From: Candidatus Heimdallarchaeota archaeon
GTDB lineage: Archaea; Asgardarchaeota; Wukongarchaeia; Wukongarchaeales; JBHIFL01
Assembly (NCBI GenBank): GCA_046761065.1
Contig: JBHIFL010000007.1
Coordinates: 1-64,000 of the forward strand
Direction: 5' to 3'
DNA length: 64,000 nt
Positions 41,210 through 50,479 of this stretch are shown here, piece after piece (the stretch's first letter is position 1; each line of letters opens with the position of its first letter). The position numbers and the translations under genes are program-made. Under the pieces are notes generated by a model. It worked only from the letters and a program-made list of their open reading frames with translations, was not told where the DNA came from and ran no database searches.

Positions 41210-41432
41210 AATTCCTCCACAGCTCCGAAAGCTCACCAAAAATCTTCTTCTCTTCCTCGTCGCTCATTACCCAAGCTCCAGCAAAGCTCGCCAGCGGTTT
41301 CTTAGTAACTTTAGAACAAAGCCGAAGTACCACGTCTGTGAAGGATTCCCCTTCTTTTTTTAAGGACGCAAGCTTATTGTAGGCTTCATCAGATAGATTG
41401 ATCGTTTATACCCTATCCGCACCACTCTTCAT
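41184..41432 (-). pseudogene. vapB: VapB-type (DUF217-like) antitoxin interrupted by an in-frame TAA
   Basis: Manual translation MKSGADRV*TINLSDEAYNKLASLKKEGESFTDVVLRL...FAGAW..SDEEEKKIF..; TAA at 41406-41408; overlaps the vapC start. Missed by the ORF track. Confidence 0.85.
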
Positions 41433-41591
41433 AAAATGAATGGGCTCTCGATTTATTCTGTATTACTATCACATACAGACGATTCTCCTGAGAGGAATTA
41501 TTGCACACGCCAAAGTTGAGACGCATTCACCCTAAGATCTTTCGGGAATGATCAGCTCTTGGTCTTTTCAAAAAGCACTGTCATTTGAACG

Positions 41592-42827
41592 CTACATCCG
41601 TAGCCCACCATCGATTTGGACTGTAACTCCCGTCATGTAATCGGAATCATTGGATGCTAAAAATACTGTCGCCTTGGCTACGTCCTGTGGCAACCCAGTT
41701 CGCATTAATGGGATTTGAGCAATGGTCTGTTCTTTGTAGACAAGTGGCGTATCTGCTGTCATAGCTGTTTCAATAAACCCGGGCATAATCACATTCACAT
41801 TGACTTTGTATCGAGCCAGTTCTCTCGCTGCCGTTTTTGTCAGGGCCACGATTCCCCATTTGGAGGCATTATACGCCGCTTGGCCCACATTACCATATTT
41901 TGCGCTCGTACTTGTAAAATTGATGATTTTTCCTCCAAGTGGTCGTTTCTCCATAAAATGAGGTATAACCGCCCGAATTGTGTTGAAAGTCCCCTTAAGG
42001 TTGATATTAATGACAGAATTCCAGAGGTCATCAGTCATCTTAGCAAGGAGCGAACTTCTCGAAATCCCGGCATTGTTGACCAGGATATCAATCTTCCCAA
42101 ATTGGTCTAAGGTTCCCTTCACTAGGTTTTCCACATGTTTCACCTTAGCGACATCACAAGGGATCGCAAGGGCTTCGCTCCCCAATTCTTGAATTTCACC
42201 CGCCACTGCCTCAATATCTGATATCGTTCGAGCCGCCACCACAACCTTAGCCCCTTCTCGCGCAAATTCCAAGGCAATCTCACGTCCTATCCCTTTCCCT
42301 GCGCCTGTCACGATTGCAACCTTTCCGGCGAGTTTTTTTGCTCGGATTTCGGGTTCTTTAGGTTGCGTGATCGTATCCAAAGGGCTCTCTGCTGCACTAC
42401 CTCTAAGCAGCTTATAGACCACTCGATCGCCTTCAATAACTTCAGGAATGACCCTTACAGGTTCTCCGATCTTAAGGTCTTCTGGATCATCACCCACCCA
42501 AGTTAACAACCGCCCTCCATAAGCACCTGTCCGGTCCTTTAAGTTGACTACACAAACTGTATAAGGCGTATATCGCTCAAATCCTGCAGGTGGGATATGT
42601 ACTTCGGAGAAAGATAAAATCGTACCTTCACCTGACAGTTCTTCCCATTCAATATGCTCATCTGTTAGACATTTTGCAGTACAATACGCCCGTGGCGGAA
42701 AGTAGAGAGTGTTGCATCGAGTGCAACGCGTCCCTTTTAGTTTTCTTTCTTTCAAAGCTTCTAAAAATCGGTTACCAACTTTTGATTGAGCTAAAGAAGT
42801 GTATGTGACATATCCAAATTGCGACAT
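41592..42827 (-). CDS. DUF35 (Zn-ribbon/OB-fold) fused to FabG-like SDR ketoacyl reductase
   Basis: N-terminal CTRC..FPPRAYCTAKC and EGTILSFS..PY.V..V.L; C-terminal TGAGKGIG, NNAGI, YNASK, PGFIETAMT, YMTG..IDGG. ATG 42827 after SD GAGGTGA. Confidence 0.9.
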   Translation of the reverse strand: MSQFGYVTYTSLAQSKVGNRFLEALKERKLKGTRCTRCNTLYFPPRAYCTAKCLTDEHIEWEELSGEGTILSFSEVHIPPAGFERYTPYTVCVVNLKDRTGAYGGRLLTWVGDDPEDLKIGEPVRVIPEVIEGDRVVYKLLRGSAAESPLDTITQPKEPEIRAKKLAGKVAIVTGAGKGIGREIALEFAREGAKVVVAARTISDIEAVAGEIQELGSEALAIPCDVAKVKHVENLVKGTLDQFGKIDILVNNAGISRSSLLAKMTDDLWNSVININLKGTFNTIRAVIPHFMEKRPLGGKIINFTSTSAKYGNVGQAAYNASKWGIVALTKTAARELARYKVNVNVIMPGFIETAMTADTPLVYKEQTIAQIPLMRTGLPQDVAKATVFLASNDSDYMTGVTVQIDGGLRM

Positions 42828-42831
42828 TTTC

Positions 42832-43980
42832 TCACCTCTGGAAGATATGCACGACACAATATTGCCCATGCCCTCCCACGTTGTGTGTTAGCCCAATTTC
42901 TGCTCCATCAACTTGTCGCTTCCCGGCTTCTCCTCGGAGCTGTTTAACAATTTCGACGATTTGCGAACACCCCGTGGCCCCCACCGGATGGCCTTTTGCC
43001 TTAAGTCCCCCATCAACATTCACTGGAATTTTGCCCCCAATGTAGGTTTGCCCTTCTTCCGCTAAGGCACCTCCCTTTCCACGCTCGGTGAAACCTAGAT
43101 CCTCATATGCCATAATTTCTGCAATAGTAAAGCAATCATGAACTTCTGCTACGTCAATATCGTCTGGACCAACCTTTGCTTGAGCATAAGCATTTTTTGA
43201 GGCTTCCACAGCACTAGGCAATGTTGTCAGATCCGGTCTGACTAGTATAGAGAACGGGGCTGATGCAGCCCCTAACCCTTTAATCCAAATCGGTGTATCT
43301 GACAGTTGCTTTGCTTTCTCTTCGTTGGCCACAATAAGGGCTGCAGCCCCATCTGCGTTAGCACAGCAATCAAACAGATGTAAAGGCGAAGCAATAATCC
43401 GAGAGTCTAAAACTTGTTGAATAGAGATTTCTTTTTGGAACATTGCCAAGGGATTCATGGTGCCGTAATAGTGGTTCTTAACTGCGACTGTGGCAAGCTG
43501 TTCTGAAGTTGTCCCGTATCGGGTCATGTGCTGGCGTGCGTAAAGGGCGTAATAATTAGCAAAAGTAGTGCCGTAGGGAGCTTCCCACTGGACGTCTCCA
43601 CTACGCCCCATTATTTTTAAAATTTCGGCAGTATTCTGTTCCAGCATTTTTTGTATGCCTAACACCAAAACAAGGTCGTGCATGCCCGATGCGATCTGTG
43701 CATAGGCAGTCCGGAGTGCTACAGCTGATGATGAACACGCTGCTTCAGTTAACCAAACTGGTTGCGGGTTTAAGCCAAGATACTCGGTAATAGGTCCAGC
43801 TATACTCCGCTGGATCATGTAAACTGGCGATGCTCCGATTATGGTGGCTTCAATATCTTCACGCCCGATCCCTGCATCAGTGAGGGCTTCTACAAAGGGT
43901 TCAAATGCAAGTTCTTGAACGGATACATCGTCCCGTCTTCCAAATTTACCGTGTCCGATTCCAATAATGCCAACTTTCAT
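42832..43980 (-). CDS. Archaeal/SCP2-type acetyl-CoA C-acyltransferase (thiolase)
   Basis: EAACSSS (catalytic Cys), KNH, DGAAALI, AEVHDCFT, GHPVGATG, HNVGG. Confidence 0.93.
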   Translation of the reverse strand: MKVGIIGIGHGKFGRRDDVSVQELAFEPFVEALTDAGIGREDIEATIIGASPVYMIQRSIAGPITEYLGLNPQPVWLTEAACSSSAVALRTAYAQIASGMHDLVLVLGIQKMLEQNTAEILKIMGRSGDVQWEAPYGTTFANYYALYARQHMTRYGTTSEQLATVAVKNHYYGTMNPLAMFQKEISIQQVLDSRIIASPLHLFDCCANADGAAALIVANEEKAKQLSDTPIWIKGLGAASAPFSILVRPDLTTLPSAVEASKNAYAQAKVGPDDIDVAEVHDCFTIAEIMAYEDLGFTERGKGGALAEEGQTYIGGKIPVNVDGGLKAKGHPVGATGCSQIVEIVKQLRGEAGKRQVDGAEIGLTHNVGGHGQYCVVHIFQR

Positions 43981-44304
43981 ACTATGTCATCTCCTTTAGC
44001 CATAGTTCAGGTGGTATTTGGAAGAATGATGAATACCACCGTTCGAGCAAGGAGGTGAAATCTTGTTCGAAGCGATTTGATCATCTAAATATCCACGAGG
44101 TGTCTTTTGAGGATACTTAAGGGATAGAACCCCTCGGGATAATTAAATGACTTTATGGGTTGGATAAAAATTACAAGTATTAGTTTACAGTGGTGAGTGT
44201 CAGCATGCATCCAAAATCAGATTCTTTTTTGTTTTCGGTGAAGCTGAAGCTACTTTCAGTCGTTTCCTATCACTATTTCTTAATGCCAGAAAAGTTTTCT
44301 TGAG

Positions 44305-45015
44305 TTAAAAGATATTTAAATTTTTTAAGGTTTGGATGCAAGCTGTCCGAGCAAGGGGGACTAGCACGCCTCTGAGTGTGTGCATGTGTGTTTGACCCCA
44401 TGTAGTCTGTTTTGATAACGCATCCCGCACACAGTCATAGTGATGAATCCAAGTATTGGAGGGAGGGTGTCCGCTAATTGTTGCAAGTGTATCGATAACT
44501 GCTTTGTAGGATTTCAACGCATCTTCAGCATAATCCCAATGGTAATCGTTGGCATATTGCCACGCATTCCCGATGGAAAGCCATCCCTCTATGGTGTGAT
44601 TTAAAATTCGTATAAATTCGTTCTTAAGCTTATCAAACTTACTGGGAATAATTGGGGTGTCGTTCATAATTTCAGGACTCTGGAGTACACTATGAATAGT
44701 TGTGAACGCAAATTTCACCAATTCTGATCGAATTATGTCGAAGTGTTCGGGAGGAATCTTTTTTTCGGAGATGGCCAGAAAGATAAGTTTATAGAATTCC
44801 TTCCAATATGGCGGTGGGCCCTGGTTGCCTGTCATGATGAGATCTATCACCTTATCATCTGCAAGGTCAAGAAAGTATTCGGCAGCGCCCCAATCATGTT
44901 TTTTTGCTCTACTTCTTATACACTTGATATAACGGATTCCCTCACAGACTGTTTCAATGATAAAGTCAATCTCATCTTTTAAGGTCTCTAATTTTTCGGA
45001 TTTAATTATTTGCAC
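44305..45015 (-). CDS. Hypothetical helical protein made of two ~120-aa internal repeats
   Basis: GTG start with SD AGGAG; both halves share LK.E...I.....EG...I..A..W..AE..L..P..W...Y..A.S..H..R..LV..A.T. Confidence 0.7.
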   Translation of the reverse strand: MQIIKSEKLETLKDEIDFIIETVCEGIRYIKCIRSRAKKHDWGAAEYFLDLADDKVIDLIMTGNQGPPPYWKEFYKLIFLAISEKKIPPEHFDIIRSELVKFAFTTIHSVLQSPEIMNDTPIIPSKFDKLKNEFIRILNHTIEGWLSIGNAWQYANDYHWDYAEDALKSYKAVIDTLATISGHPPSNTWIHHYDCVRDALSKQTTWGQTHMHTLRGVLVPLARTACIQTLKNLNIF

Positions 45016-45573
45016 GAATGTATCTCCTATAATAGCTAGTTATGAATTCTTCTTGATAGGAAGTAATAAACTCTATGGTACTTATTATTGTATTAAGCGA
45101 GATTATGCATTCTGACAGTAGAATGAATATACATCAGTTTATTTGACATAAACAGCGATGAAAAGATTGGGAAGTCTAACGCTAAAGCTTTTTGAAGAAC
45201 ACTTAAAACATGAAATTTAATCACGATTTTGAATGTTTTAACAAGTTTGTATCCCGCTTCTGTTTACATTATTTGTCGAAGCAAAATTTATGTACTCTTT
45301 CAATTTCTGGGTGGACACCCCCAATAATACAGTTTTTTTAGGAACAGAGGGGAGATCCCCATCAAACAGATTCTAGATAATAAGTAAGCTCCAATGTCGA
45401 GAACAGAGTTGCTACCACTTCAATTGACATAGTTAACACAGATTCTTCGATCGATTCCTTCACCCTATGAGAAATCCTTTTTTGATCAAACCTTTAAAAT
45501 AAGAGCCTTATTTTTTATATATATTCAGTTGTATTTTATTTAAGCCTTTATATTATAACTAAATTAAGATTTT

Positions 45574-45646
45574 TTAGTGTAGACCTCTACAGTATTCTAG
45601 ATTTTAGTGTAGACCTTTACAGTAATTAGTGTAGACCTCTACAGTA
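45574..45646. repeat. Three 21-bp direct repeats TTAGTGTAGACCT(C/T)TACAGTA, each internally palindromic
   Basis: Copies start at 45574, 45604 and 45626; core TGTAGA-CC-TCTACA; TATA-like TTTATA at 45547-45552. Confidence 0.92.
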
Positions 45647-45824
45647 TTGTAAATTTGCCAAAAGACTAAAATACCCGTGCTGCGTGATTTTTTTTACCAT
45701 CAACTCAACTAAACTATAACGCAGTTTCATTCCTCGCCCGTTCGCGAACTCCTTTTCGGGGAGTTTTTGTGAAGTGTAATTGGAGGAAATAAAATGTTGT
45801 GGTTCTATCTAGGAGCAGATAAAA

Positions 45825-46034
45825 ATGGTGATTGGGGACTCGACTGATAGCCCTCCGACTTGGGCTAGGGGAAATATTACTCGCTATATAACCAAACGGT
45901 GGAAGACACTGGGAGGGGTGATAGGAAGTCATGGAGTGTTTGGGGCTTTATTTGGCTTGATCTACGGTGGTGAGGTGGGGGAACTGCTGTGTGGCGCTCC
46001 ACTCGCCTATTTAGGAATCACGGTTTTTAATTAA
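45825..46034 (+). CDS. Possible small Gly-rich hydrophobic protein
   Basis: 69-aa ORF with AGGAG upstream and GxxxG-rich C-half; no recognised family. Confidence 0.3.
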   Translation: MVIGDSTDSPPTWARGNITRYITKRWKTLGGVIGSHGVFGALFGLIYGGEVGELLCGAPLAYLGITVFN

Positions 46035-46191
46035 ATGGGTTAAGCATGTTTCATATATGTTTTGATGCAACAAGACGAGAGAATTATTTACACTGTGAAC
46101 AGTTTTATAAACCATTAATCTAAAAGGAAATAATCTCTTAATTTAGAGACAAGAACTCCTCCGCTCCTAAATGTCAATAAAGTGATGATTT

Positions 46192-47292
46192 ATGAATCAA
46201 AATATCTCGTGGCGAAATATCTCGGCTTTTATTATACTTAATTTTGGGCTTACGTGGCTAGTAGCACTTTTAATTTACTTAAAAGGAGGCTTGACTTACG
46301 GTCCATCTATTACCTTATTGCTACAACTTTACATGCTTTTTCCTGCATTCTCCGCTATATTCCTCCAGCTTTTCATGTTTAAAGAGAATCCTATTTATTT
46401 CAAGACATACCGTGAATTACCTCGACTCTTCTATTTGTTCTTTTTAATATATACTGTTCTTTTTGCTTTGTTTACCCTTATAACTTTGGAAGATCTACTA
46501 CCCCTGCAACTTACGAACGTAATCACTTTGAGCTTGTCTATCGGAGGCCTCCTATTTGTAATCGTACTCTACGCAAAAAGTGGAAAGGGTCTTTTTAAAC
46601 GAGTAGGGCTTTCTTTTGGCTCTCCAAAGTACTTCTTGTACTATGGTCTATTAATAGTGGGTATATACTTTGGAATGACCTTGCTCAATATTGCATCCAA
46701 CTTAGGGGACTTTGTGGATGTCGAAGAATTCATGGTTGAGATTAGCGGATCTGATCCTGAAGCAACTGACCAATTAGCTGATATCCCTCCCGCAGTATTT
46801 ATTTTTGCCGTAGGAATTGAATCCCTTCTTCTGGGGCCTTTTATGGGTCTTCTGATCACATTTGGAGAAGAATATGGATGGAGGGGCTATCTACAGAATG
46901 AGTTTACCAAATTGGGGCGGGTTCGGGGCGTAGTGCTCGTGGGCTTAATCTGGGGGCTTTGGCATGCGCCCATCATCGCGATGGGCTATAATTATCCAAA
47001 CCATCCTTTCCTTGGGATCATACTAATGACTCTCTATGCGATTGCATTGGCCTTTATTCTTGGGCTTGCTTATTACCAATCACAAAGCGTCTGGCTTACT
47101 GCTTATCTCCATGGACTAAATAACCAAGTCTTTTCATTCCTAATATTGTTGATTTATACCCCAACTGATATGGCCTTTTCTTTTGGGTTAGGGATTTACG
47201 GACTATTTGTTTTTGCAGCCATTGTGATCCTCCTCTTGCGTCATCCTGCATGGCGGGAACCTCACGTAGGGATACAAGAATCATTTGAGTGA
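46192..47292 (+). CDS. CPBP (CAAX/Abi) intramembrane endopeptidase
   Basis: GEEYGWRGYL, GLIWGLWHAP, HGLNN; multi-TM. Confidence 0.92.
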   Translation: MNQNISWRNISAFIILNFGLTWLVALLIYLKGGLTYGPSITLLLQLYMLFPAFSAIFLQLFMFKENPIYFKTYRELPRLFYLFFLIYTVLFALFTLITLEDLLPLQLTNVITLSLSIGGLLFVIVLYAKSGKGLFKRVGLSFGSPKYFLYYGLLIVGIYFGMTLLNIASNLGDFVDVEEFMVEISGSDPEATDQLADIPPAVFIFAVGIESLLLGPFMGLLITFGEEYGWRGYLQNEFTKLGRVRGVVLVGLIWGLWHAPIIAMGYNYPNHPFLGIILMTLYAIALAFILGLAYYQSQSVWLTAYLHGLNNQVFSFLILLIYTPTDMAFSFGLGIYGLFVFAAIVILLLRHPAWREPHVGIQESFE

Positions 47293-47550
47293 GCTTACTA
47301 AACGGCACTCACATAGTTCAGTTCTATTGAAACGAATGAAATGTATGAATTCGACAACTTGTATTATTTTAAACGAGATGATGCGAAATTTGGAATATAT
47401 TAATACCCTATGAATTCCTGTGGATTTAACGGGATGAGTATCTTCTACTTCAAGTCTTCTTGTAAGTGAACAAACGAAAAATACTTGATCCTTTCAATTA
47501 GGAAATTCTGCTATATGCAATTGAGCATATATTACTAACATATCTGATAT

Positions 47551-48948
47551 TTGAAGGGATACGTCGTGATCGACTTGCTGCAGGAGTTAATAGACTACGA
47601 GGTGCCTCCTGGCGTGACTTACGCCGAATTAAGATATCATAAGCGTGAAAGACTTAGCCTTCACGTTCGAAAGGGGGAACTCGAGGATGCGAACTCTGAT
47701 ATTTTCGCGGGGGTTGGAGTTCGTGTCCTCCAAGATGGGGCATGGGGATTCTCCTCCACCTCAACCTTGGACTTCGCTACCTTGAAAGGCAAATTGAAAG
47801 AAGCACAGAAGATCGCTAAGATTACAGCTACTCAAAAACAAACTCGAGTAGAACTTGCTCCAGTTGATCCCATTGAAGGGGTTTTCCGAGCCAAGGAAAA
47901 GGATCCACTTCGTGATCACTCTATTGAGGAGAAAATCGACCTTGTGCTCTCATCCGATAAGGCAATCTTAGCTGCAAATCAGATTAAGAGCAGTATTGTA
48001 AGCTATACCGAATTTTATGATCACAAAATCTTGATAACAACCGATAACACCGCTGTAGAGCTTTTTGATACCAAACCAGAATTTCGGGTCGGAGCGGTAA
48101 CAAGTAGGAATGGAGATATGATATCCGCTTTCGATGCGAATAGCATCACAGGGGGGTGGGAAATGTTTAAACGAAAAAGTCCAGAAGCTATGATCTCCAA
48201 AGTGACCAAATTAGCCCCACAGCTGCTTTCCGCCAAACATCCAAAAGGAGGAAAATATACAGTGATTCTCAAACCTTCTCTCGTCGGACTCCTTTCCCAT
48301 GAAGCCTTTGGACACACCGTTGAAGCGGATTTTGTCCTAGCGGGGAGTATTGCAAAAGGAAAACTTGGGGAACCGGTTGCGAGTGACTTAGTTACAATGG
48401 TTGATTCCGGTCTAGAAGCATCTACTGCTGGTTGGTTACCTGTCGACGATGAAGGAGTCAAGGCACAGAAAACTGTGATCATCAATCAGGGTATATTAGA
48501 GTCTTATTTACATAACCGCGAGACAGCTGCTATCATGGGAGTACCTCCGACAGGAAATGCCCGCGCGTGGGAATTTGATGACGAACCAATTATTCGAATG
48601 CGAACTACGTACATTGAGCCAAAAGATTGGGAACCAGATGAGATCATCGCTGATACAAAAGAAGGGCTTCTCCTGAGTGAAGCCGGAGGGGGGCAAGCCG
48701 ATTCCAATGCAGAATTTATGTTTCAGGTTCGTGAAGCCTATCTAGTTAAGAATGGAGAACTTGGCGAGTTGCTCCGTGGAGTGTCAATGACTGGCAATGC
48801 TATCGACGTCCTCAAGACGGTAGATGCGGTTGGGAAGGATTTGACGTTCGATATGGGATACGGCCATTGTGGCAAGGGGCAATTGATGAAAGTTGACGGT
48901 GGAGGCGGGACAATCCGCTGCCAAGTCCTGGTAGGAGGGCAAGTCTAG
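47551..48948 (+). CDS. tldD: TldD family metalloprotease
   Basis: GVGVRV..GAWGFS, HEAFGHTVEAD, DDEGV, GNAR, IRM.TTYI, CGKGQ. GTG at 47566 is a possible start. Confidence 0.95.
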   Translation: MKGYVVIDLLQELIDYEVPPGVTYAELRYHKRERLSLHVRKGELEDANSDIFAGVGVRVLQDGAWGFSSTSTLDFATLKGKLKEAQKIAKITATQKQTRVELAPVDPIEGVFRAKEKDPLRDHSIEEKIDLVLSSDKAILAANQIKSSIVSYTEFYDHKILITTDNTAVELFDTKPEFRVGAVTSRNGDMISAFDANSITGGWEMFKRKSPEAMISKVTKLAPQLLSAKHPKGGKYTVILKPSLVGLLSHEAFGHTVEADFVLAGSIAKGKLGEPVASDLVTMVDSGLEASTAGWLPVDDEGVKAQKTVIINQGILESYLHNRETAAIMGVPPTGNARAWEFDDEPIIRMRTTYIEPKDWEPDEIIADTKEGLLLSEAGGGQADSNAEFMFQVREAYLVKNGELGELLRGVSMTGNAIDVLKTVDAVGKDLTFDMGYGHCGKGQLMKVDGGGGTIRCQVLVGGQV

Positions 48949-48962
48949 GAGGAGGAAGTGCG

Positions 48963-50321
48963 ATGTCCGATTTACTTGCCCTTGCCGAACGTGTCACAGC
49001 TAAAGGCCTTGCTGCAGGTGCTGACGAACTAGAAGTTTACATCGAACGAGTCAGACTCATGGCGGTATCCCTCGAAAGGAACGACATGCAGTCTGGTCAA
49101 AGTCAAATTTGGTCGGGGATTGGGATCCGTGCATTAAAGAACCATGGCTTGGCCTTTACTGCAGTAAATCAACTCGACGAGGCGCAAGGCAAAGAGGTGG
49201 CAGTGCGTGCTGTCACTATGGCCAAACTAGCTCCTCCTTGCCCTCACTACACCCTACCTGAGCCCAAGCCACTAACCCCTGTTGAGGGTCTGTATGACCC
49301 GCGAAGTGAAGAGTTTTCCATTGATGATGCCTTAGACTGCACACTCCGACTCCTGCAATCAACCAAGGACTATGATCCACGGATAACCATCGATTCGGGA
49401 GGATTCATGGGAGTGATTGGAGAACGAGCTATTGTTACGTCAAAAGGAATCGAGAGTTCCGAAAACTTCTCGGGTTTCACTTGGTTCCTCATGGGGATGG
49501 CAGTTGAGGGCTCCGAGGTTGGTTCTTGGGATTACGAAATTAATGGCGCTATTCACGTTGCTGATATCGATGTCGAGGCAACGGCAGAGCTTTTTGGTGA
49601 GAAAGTAATAAAAGCGTTGGGAGCTCAAAAGACCAACCCCTTCAAGGGGTCTGTTTTGCTTACCCCGTATGCGGCCGCAGGGCTTGTGCTCCCCCCAGTG
49701 GTGTTTTCCGCCAATGCAGAGAACATTCAAAAGGGCATGTCCCAGTTTGCAGGTAAACAAGGTTCCTCTGTGGCCTCGGAACACCTTACAATTACTGATA
49801 ATGGAACTCTTCGAGACGAACTAGGATCAACCCCGTTTGACCGGGAGGGCCAACCTCCTCAGCCCCTAACACTTCTCGACCGGGGTATCTTGAAGGACAT
49901 TATGTTTCACGCCTTCTCCGCAAACCGTGCAAATACATCCTCGACAGGACATGCTGCCAGCTCTTATCGAGCCCCACCTAGTATCGCCTCAACCAATATC
50001 AAGATCCAACCAGGGAACCTTTCACAAGACGAACTCATTGCTGAAATTAAACGTGGTATCTTAGTAAGCCGGTTGAGTGGGGGACCCCACCCAATTTCGG
50101 GTGATTTTAGCGCTGTGGTCAAAGGCGGCATGTTGATTGAAAACGGCCGCTTAACTCACCCAGTAAAGGAATTGACCGTGCAGGGGAATATCTACGACGC
50201 GTTAACAACCATATCATTGGTAAGTCAGAACACTCGAAAAATTGCGAGCATTGGGGTTAGTGGCGGATCCTCTGTAGAAACTCCTCACCTCGCTCTTGAA
50301 AATATCCACATTTCTTCTTAA
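48963..50321 (+). CDS. pmbA: PmbA/TldE family protein
   Basis: GIGIR, FDREG, STGHA, SGDFS, IENG..PV..GNIYD; no HExxH; directly follows tldD. Confidence 0.93.
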   Translation: MSDLLALAERVTAKGLAAGADELEVYIERVRLMAVSLERNDMQSGQSQIWSGIGIRALKNHGLAFTAVNQLDEAQGKEVAVRAVTMAKLAPPCPHYTLPEPKPLTPVEGLYDPRSEEFSIDDALDCTLRLLQSTKDYDPRITIDSGGFMGVIGERAIVTSKGIESSENFSGFTWFLMGMAVEGSEVGSWDYEINGAIHVADIDVEATAELFGEKVIKALGAQKTNPFKGSVLLTPYAAAGLVLPPVVFSANAENIQKGMSQFAGKQGSSVASEHLTITDNGTLRDELGSTPFDREGQPPQPLTLLDRGILKDIMFHAFSANRANTSSTGHAASSYRAPPSIASTNIKIQPGNLSQDELIAEIKRGILVSRLSGGPHPISGDFSAVVKGGMLIENGRLTHPVKELTVQGNIYDALTTISLVSQNTRKIASIGVSGGSSVETPHLALENIHISS

Positions 50322-50479
50322 GTAGGTAAGTCTTGTTACTTATCTTATTGAAAAAAGGGAGTGTTATGATATAGTTCCATTATAAAAAAGCTATTCCACT
50401 GCGTATAGATGCTAGCACAAATACAAGATCGGGAAAGAAGAGCCCAATAAATAGTGAGGAAGAGCTGTTTACACTCGTC

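Noticed and set aside
45180-45460. Possible methyltransferase relic on the minus strand (SVLDIGA fragment)
   Set aside because: Only short motif-like fragments in different frames; could be chance.
45574-45646. Mini-CRISPR array or archaeal ORB origin
   Set aside because: Gaps between repeats are only 9 and 1 nt, there are no cas or cdc6/orc1 genes in the window, and the repeats lack the ORB consensus and G-string.
45741-45773. SECIS element or tRNA fragment
   Set aside because: No TGA-interrupted selenoprotein gene nearby and no cloverleaf; only a simple hairpin.
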